Positions 58,364 through 64,000 of a DNA stretch of 64,000 nucleotides are shown here, piece after piece (the stretch's first letter is position 1; every line of letters starts with the position of its first letter). The position numbers were made by a program, and so were the translations under genes. Source of the DNA: Gemmatimonas sp. (lineage in GTDB: Bacteria > Gemmatimonadota > Gemmatimonadetes > Gemmatimonadales > Gemmatimonadaceae). Under the pieces are notes generated by a model. It was not told the origin of the DNA and did no database searches. It worked only from the letters and a program-made list of their open reading frames with translations. The stretch is from assembly GCA_031414535.1 (NCBI GenBank), contig JANNVQ010000029.1:32001-96000 (forward strand), read 5' to 3'.

Positions 58364-59713
58364 ATGTCGAACCGTAGAGCCTTCCTTCGTCGCGCGGCTG
58401 TGGGCACCGCCGCCACCGCTACAAGCTTTGCGCTTCCCTCGGCGATGCTTGCCGCGCCCTCGAGCGAGATGCTCACGCTGGCGCGCGAGCGCGCAGGGAA
58501 GCCGCTGCCTCCGCCACCGATTGGCTCGCCAGAAATGGTTGCCCAGGACGAAGCGTATTGGCGCGAGGTGGCAGCGCAGTACGCCATCACGGACAGCGTG
58601 ACCAATCTCGAAGCCGGCTTCTGGGGGATGATGTCCGCGCCGGTGCTCGCCGCGTACCACCGCAACGTGGACCGCGTGAACCGCGAGAGCTCGTACTTTG
58701 CGCGGCGCGAGTTTCCGGCGCTCTCGCAGCAGGCGCGTGCACGCACGGCCAGTGCACTCGGCGTCGCAACTGGTGAGATTGCCTTCGCCCGCAATGCCAC
58801 TGAAGCGCTGCAGTCCATCATCGGTCAGTACAATCGCCTACAGGCTGGCGATGTGGTGATGTACGCGGATCTCGATTACCCCGCGATGCAGATGGCGATG
58901 AACGCCCTCGCCGCCAAGCGTGGCGCGAGCGTCGCGACAATTGACATCCCCGAGCCCGCCACACGCGAGAACATTCTCGCGGCCTACACGCGCGCCCTCG
59001 ATGCGCACCCTCGCACGCGCCTGTTGCTGCTCACGTACCCGAGCAACAAGACGGGATTGATGCCGCCCGTGCGCGAACTTGTAGCACTCGCCAAGGCGCG
59101 CGGCGTGGATACCGTGCTCGATGCGGCGCACGCGTTTGGTCAGGTTCCGCTGTCACTCGCAGAGATCGGCGCGCCCTTTGCTGGCGTGAATCTTCACAAA
59201 TGGATTGGCGCGCCGATTGGTGTGGCGGCACTGTACATCCACAAGGACAGGCTGGGCCGTGTTGATCGTGCGCACGGTGATGATGGGCCGCTGGATCGCA
59301 TTGACAGCCGCATCCACACCGGCACTACCGATTTCGCCGCAGTGATGACCGTCCCCGACGCGCTCGACTTTCAGGAACGCATCGGCATTCCACGTAAAGC
59401 CGCGCGCCTGCGCTACCTGCGCGATGCCTGGGTGCGGCCCGCTCGCGAGATCGCAGGCGCGGACATCCTGGTGCCTGATGAAGCAGGACTCGCCGGCGCC
59501 ATCACGAGCTTCCGCTTGCACGGTGATGGCTCACGTGAGCGGAACGCAGCAGTCGCGCGCACGCTGCTCGATGAGTTTGGGATCTTCACTGTCGCGCGGT
59601 CCGGGCTCGCCAAGGGAGACTGTGTGCGCGTCACACCGGCTCTTTACAGCACGCCGAGTGATGCGGCGAAGCTTGTGGCCGCGATCAGAGTGATGGCGGC
59701 GCGCGGCGCCTAA
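58364..59713 (+). CDS. Tat-exported class V PLP-dependent aminotransferase (isopenicillin-N epimerase-like)
   Basis: NRRAFL, RNATEAL, DAAH, NLHKW, HTGT; TATAAT 6 nt upstream. Confidence 0.88.
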   Translation: MSNRRAFLRRAAVGTAATATSFALPSAMLAAPSSEMLTLARERAGKPLPPPPIGSPEMVAQDEAYWREVAAQYAITDSVTNLEAGFWGMMSAPVLAAYHRNVDRVNRESSYFARREFPALSQQARARTASALGVATGEIAFARNATEALQSIIGQYNRLQAGDVVMYADLDYPAMQMAMNALAAKRGASVATIDIPEPATRENILAAYTRALDAHPRTRLLLLTYPSNKTGLMPPVRELVALAKARGVDTVLDAAHAFGQVPLSLAEIGAPFAGVNLHKWIGAPIGVAALYIHKDRLGRVDRAHGDDGPLDRIDSRIHTGTTDFAAVMTVPDALDFQERIGIPRKAARLRYLRDAWVRPAREIAGADILVPDEAGLAGAITSFRLHGDGSRERNAAVARTLLDEFGIFTVARSGLAKGDCVRVTPALYSTPSDAAKLVAAIRVMAARGA

Positions 59714-60270
59714 GTCACAATCTCGTCGAAGTATGCCGAAAGCTCGAGCGTGAAGGGCGGCAGTTCCGCCCGTGGCGTCCACACGAGCGTGTCGGTGATG
59801 ATTTCGGGCTCCGTGTCGCCGCGACGCCAGCGCTCGATGAGCCGTTGGCCGGTGTCGACGATCCAGTATTCGCCAACATCCTCGCTCATGTATATCGCCC
59901 GCTTGCGGTAACGATCTGCGCGCGCCGTGCTTGGAGACAGTACCTCGATGGCGAGTAGCAGGGACTTCACCTCTGACCATTCAGCGGGCCGGCCGCTACT
60001 GCGCGCGGGCACGACGAACAGATCCGGCTGGACGAGCCGACGCGGCGAGAAGACGATGTCGGCCGGAGAAAACATTGTCCAGCCGAGTTCGTGGGTGCGC
60101 ACATACTCACGCAGGCGTGGGAACAGCTCTCCTAGTGCCGCCTGGTGCCGCAGCGAGGGTGACGGCGTCACGAACAGCTCGCCGTCGAGCACCTCGTAGC
60201 GATTGCCGTCGTCCGGCAACGCGAGTACGCGTTCGACAGTCCAGTCCATATCGAGAACGTGGGCAGGCAT
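59710..60270 (-). CDS. Uma2-family (PD-(D/E)XK) endonuclease-like protein
   Basis: RYE..DGEL.V.PSP...HQ, QPDL, EVLSPST...D...K...Y, EYWIVD. Confidence 0.92.
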   Translation of the reverse strand: MPAHVLDMDWTVERVLALPDDGNRYEVLDGELFVTPSPSLRHQAALGELFPRLREYVRTHELGWTMFSPADIVFSPRRLVQPDLFVVPARSSGRPAEWSEVKSLLLAIEVLSPSTARADRYRKRAIYMSEDVGEYWIVDTGQRLIERWRRGDTEPEIITDTLVWTPRAELPPFTLELSAYFDEIVT

Positions 60271-60397
60271 GGCCATACGGTACGCTCGGCTCGGCGGGGA
60301 ACGCAATAGTGCATGAATCCACGGTGCGCACTGGTGCCGTTGAACCCCGCATCCTTGTCCCGCAGCCATCAGCGCTCTGATGGGCGCTGTCGAATTC

Positions 60398-61933
60398 TCA
60401 GCGAGCCAGGGATCCTGTCTGCAGCATGCCGGCAACCCGCGCTCGCGCTTCGGTAGCGTGCACCGGTAGAACCAAAAGGTCCCCCGCCTTGGCCCACGCG
60501 AGCATTGCCGCCACGCCGGCCTCTTCGCTCATCGCAATTTGCAACTGTGCTGGCTCCGCGCCGGCCGCCACCAACTCATCATGCAGGATGCGCGGCACCT
60601 CGCCTTCCGCGCGGCCACGCCGGTAATACTCCAGTTCCTGAAGCACCACCATGTCTGGCTTCACGTTCCATGCCGTGCGCGCCAACGCCTGCAGAGCGTC
60701 ATCGGCGCGGTCGCCAGCCTGGCCGAGGAGCAGCCCGAGTCGGCCAGTACCGCGATGCGCTTGGGCCACGGCGAGCAGGGCGGCGAGTCCGTGCGGATTG
60801 TGCGCGTAGTCCAGCCAGATGCGCACGCCGTTCCGCTCGTAGCGCTCAAGGCGCCCGGCGTTGTCCGCGTTCTCACGTCCGAACGAGCGCAGCGTCGCGG
60901 TGATCACCGACGGCGCCACGCGAAGCGCTTCCGCCGCGGCCACTGCAGCACACGCATTTTCGATGTTGTACCGCGCCGCGCCGCCAAACGCGATTGGCAT
61001 CTCCGCCGGCGGCGGCAACAAGGGCGAGGGGCTGCTCGCATGCAACCACAAGACGCGCGCGTCGGTCCGCGGGGTCAGCGCGCGCAGCGTGGCATCATCG
61101 GCGTTCAGCACAAGCGTGCCGCTGGCGTCCAACGCATGCGCAACGCCGAGCTTCACGGCCGCCACATCAGCGAGACTATCCACGCCGTACTCACCAAAGT
61201 GATCTGCTGCGATGTTCGTGACGACCGCCACATCCGCGCGCGGCACAAGCAAGCCGCGCCGCAACATTCCGCCGCGCGCGGTTTCGAGCACCGCCGCCGT
61301 GACGCGCGCATCCTCGAGCACGCGTCGCGCTCCACCCGGGCCGCTCCAATCTCCGCTCTCCACTTGCTCCTCGCCTACGAACACGCCGTCGGTGCAGCAA
61401 TAACCCACCACGTGCCCCGCGGCGCGCAGCATTGCCGCAATGAGACGAGTCGTGGTGGTCTTGCCGTTTGAACCTGTGACGAGCGCAATGGGGATCGCAC
61501 GCGTGGGCAGAGGCGTGGCGTCCTCTGGTGGTGACGCACGCTCAGCGGCAACCATCTCATTTAAGCGCGCCAACGCCGCCGATTGCTCGGTGGGCAAACG
61601 CTCGTCCTCCAACAAGCTCGCATCGTATGCCAGCCCATACTCGTCGGCCGCGGTTTGCAAGGCCCATTCGTTCAAGCTCGTCGCACTCATCAGGGCCGTC
61701 GCCGGCGCTGTGAATGCCAGAGAACTCCCTTGGGCGTGAAGGCGAATGCAGAGCGAAGTCTCGCCCCAGCCGATGGCCGCGCACATCCACCCGACGCGCC
61801 CGCTCCAAGCGCGCAGCAGCGCATCGTCGTGCCCGTGCGGCAGCGGCACCTCGAGCACGACGCCCGGTGCATCCAGCCAGAGGCTCGGGCCCAGCAATCG
61901 TCGTGAATCCGTGCAGAGCACTGCAGCCGGCAA
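60398..61933 (-). CDS. Cyanophycin-synthetase-like Mur ligase: N-domain-like region fused directly to M domain, no ATP-grasp
   Basis: R.L.GP.LW N-terminus, VTGSNGKTTT, TDG, LETARGG.LRRG, NIAADH, DYAHN. Confidence 0.8.
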   Translation of the reverse strand: MPAAVLCTDSRRLLGPSLWLDAPGVVLEVPLPHGHDDALLRAWSGRVGWMCAAIGWGETSLCIRLHAQGSSLAFTAPATALMSATSLNEWALQTAADEYGLAYDASLLEDERLPTEQSAALARLNEMVAAERASPPEDATPLPTRAIPIALVTGSNGKTTTTRLIAAMLRAAGHVVGYCCTDGVFVGEEQVESGDWSGPGGARRVLEDARVTAAVLETARGGMLRRGLLVPRADVAVVTNIAADHFGEYGVDSLADVAAVKLGVAHALDASGTLVLNADDATLRALTPRTDARVLWLHASSPSPLLPPPAEMPIAFGGAARYNIENACAAVAAAEALRVAPSVITATLRSFGRENADNAGRLERYERNGVRIWLDYAHNPHGLAALLAVAQAHRGTGRLGLLLGQAGDRADDALQALARTAWNVKPDMVVLQELEYYRRGRAEGEVPRILHDELVAAGAEPAQLQIAMSEEAGVAAMLAWAKAGDLLVLPVHATEARARVAGMLQTGSLAR

Positions 61934-61950
61934 GAAGGACGCGTCCTGGC

Positions 61951-63999
61951 TCAGTCGTCCAACTCGCGTGCGAGGCGCACGCCACGTTCGTCACGCACCA
62001 AGTTGCCAATCTCCGCTGCGATTGGCTCTACCACTTCCGCCACCGCCTGCACTCGCGGGATCGCGTGCTCCGCCGTCACGGGACGCGCCGAGCCTTCGGA
62101 GCGGAAATGGATGATCTGCTTCCACGTGCGCGTGATCTCGTCGCCGAAGACGAGCACGAGATCGCCCTGCCGCGCCATCGCCAGCGCCGCATCAACGGCC
62201 TGCTGCTCGTCGGGGATCTGTTGAATGCGCTCGGCCGGCACGCCGGCCGCGATCAACGCCTCGGCGAGCATCTGCGGCACTTCATCACCATCGCGGCCGC
62301 GCAAGCCGTCGTCGCGTCGGCAGATGTAGTGATCGAAGTGTCCCGCCGCTGCGCGCGCAATCTCCACGATGTCCTCGTCGCGTCGGTCGCCCGGAGCGGC
62401 GAGCACCACAATGCGCCGGCCCGACACATCGAGCCGCAGTGCCAGTTGGCACATCGCATCCACCGCGTGCGCGTTGTGGCCGTAGTCGAGAATCACCTTG
62501 AACGGATGCTCATTGAACACATTCGCGCGGCCCGGCGCTTGGAAGAACGTCGTGTCGAAGGTGCGCAGCCCCTGTCGGATCATCTCCAGCTTGATGCCCA
62601 TCGAGAATCCCATCGCCGCGGCCACCATCGCGTTCTGCACGTTGTGCATCGCGCGACCTTCCATCGTGGCGGGAATCAGGTGCGTCCACATCAGCGGAAT
62701 GTGCGCGCCCTTGTCGTAGATGGTGATCATGCTGCCGTTCACGCCGCTCTCCAACGAGACCGCGCGACCACCGGCGCGGATGTGCTCGCGCACAATCGCG
62801 TGCCCAGGATTCGTCGTCACGTAGCAGAGATGCTTGGCCTCGGTGTAGCTGGCCATCCGCAGCACGAGGGGATCGTCGGCGTTGAGCACGGCGGTGTCGC
62901 GCGCGACTTCAACCACGATACGCTTCACCTCGGCGAGTTCCTCAAGCGTGCCGATGCCCTTCAAGCCGAGATGGTCCGACTTCACGTTGAGCACCGCGCC
63001 AACGTCCACGTAACGCGTCCCCATGCCAGCGCGCAGTAATCCACCGCGCGCCACCTCGAGCACCGCCACATCAATCGTCGGGTCAGAAAGCACGATGCGC
63101 GTGGCCACGGGGCCAGTCATGTCGCCTTCCACCGTGCGCACGCCGTCGATGTACACGCCGTCGGTGGTGGTGAGGCCAGGTACGAACCCCGCCATCTTGC
63201 AGATGTGCGCGAGCATGCGCGCCGTCGTCGTCTTGCCGTTGGTGCCTGTGACCGCGGCCAGTGGCACTGTCGCCGGCGAGCCAGCAGGAAAGAGCATGTC
63301 AATCACTGGCCCAGCTACGTCGCGCGCCTTGCCCTCGCTCGGCGCGCTGTGCATCCGGAAGCCTGGCGCCGCATTCACCTCGCAGATGGCGCCACCGTGC
63401 TTGCGGTACGACTCGGTGATGTCCGGCGTGAGGAAATCCACGCCGCCCACGTCCAAGCCAATCGCCTTGATGGCGCGTTCGGCCATCTCGCGATTGTCGG
63501 GATGGATGATGTCCGTGACGTCCGTGGCCGTGCCACCGGTGGAGAGATTGCCCGTCGAGCGCAGGAATATCGTCTCACCCGCGGCGGGCACCGTAGCGGC
63601 GTCGTAGCCCTTGTCGGCGAGAAGTCGCAATGCTTGGTCATCAAGTGCGAGCCGCGTCAGCACCTTCTCGTGCCCTACACCGCGGCGCGGATCCGCATTC
63701 ACGATCTCCACCAATTCCGCGACGCTGTGCTTGCCATCGCCCACCACGTGACCCGGCGTTCGCTTGGTCGCCGCCACGAGTTCGCCATTCACCACCAAGA
63801 GGCGATGGTCATCGCCCGCCTGGAAGCTCTCGACAATCACGGAGCGCGAGACTTCCTGCGCCGCCTTGAACGCCACGCGCACCTGCTCATCAGTCGTCAG
63901 ATGAATCGCCACCGCGCGCCCGTGATTTCCATTGTATGGCTTGACCACCACCGGATACCCGATGCGTCGCGCGGCGCGTGCGGCGCTGTCTTCGCTCTG
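61951..63999 (-). CDS. cphA: Cyanophycin synthetase (5' end outside window)
   Basis: ATP-grasp KP..GNHGR, NADPRRG.GHEK.LT, NLSTGG, EVNAAPGFRMH; Mur domain VTGTNGKTT, DYGHN. Confidence 0.95.
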   Translation of the reverse strand, partial: QSEDSAARAARRIGYPVVVKPYNGNHGRAVAIHLTTDEQVRVAFKAAQEVSRSVIVESFQAGDDHRLLVVNGELVAATKRTPGHVVGDGKHSVAELVEIVNADPRRGVGHEKVLTRLALDDQALRLLADKGYDAATVPAAGETIFLRSTGNLSTGGTATDVTDIIHPDNREMAERAIKAIGLDVGGVDFLTPDITESYRKHGGAICEVNAAPGFRMHSAPSEGKARDVAGPVIDMLFPAGSPATVPLAAVTGTNGKTTTARMLAHICKMAGFVPGLTTTDGVYIDGVRTVEGDMTGPVATRIVLSDPTIDVAVLEVARGGLLRAGMGTRYVDVGAVLNVKSDHLGLKGIGTLEELAEVKRIVVEVARDTAVLNADDPLVLRMASYTEAKHLCYVTTNPGHAIVREHIRAGGRAVSLESGVNGSMITIYDKGAHIPLMWTHLIPATMEGRAMHNVQNAMVAAAMGFSMGIKLEMIRQGLRTFDTTFFQAPGRANVFNEHPFKVILDYGHNAHAVDAMCQLALRLDVSGRRIVVLAAPGDRRDEDIVEIARAAAGHFDHYICRRDDGLRGRDGDEVPQMLAEALIAAGVPAERIQQIPDEQQAVDAALAMARQGDLVLVFGDEITRTWKQIIHFRSEGSARPVTAEHAIPRVQAVAEVVEPIAAEIGNLVRDERGVRLARELDD

Positions 64000-64000
64000 C

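Overview
A GC-rich, gene-dense bacterial chromosomal segment, most consistent with Gemmatimonadota (inferred from gene content and protein style). Housekeeping genes include ligA, ferritin, pdp, gyrB-dciA-recF, mtnA, glpK, ccmE/F/H, argJ, uvrA, ggt and a partial cphA. Accessory modules include an ECF sigma/zinc anti-sigma locus with a TonB receptor, an M6-like protease plus partner lipoprotein, a hybrid kinase, a transglutaminase-ABC operon, several exported amidohydrolases, a MazEF-type toxin-antitoxin pair and an HDOD pseudogene. I saw no rRNA, tRNA, CRISPR array or transposase. The most notable observations are: (1) two diverged copies of a ~77-nt hairpin element in inverted orientation at 50586-50791, with compensatory base changes; (2) a CphA paralogue lacking the ATP-grasp domain, directly behind cphA; (3) a dockerin-like protease tail paired with a cohesin-sized lipoprotein; (4) an identical GGGAACT-N13-AGGTCT ECF-type promoter in front of both the sigma gene and the TonB receptor; (5) ligA apparently starting at a CTG that overlaps the ferritin stop; (6) a CxxxY-type CcmE with an unusual CcmH; and (7) overlapping divergent leaderless promoters in a 23-bp gap. 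All functional calls come from motif recognition only; no database searches were run.
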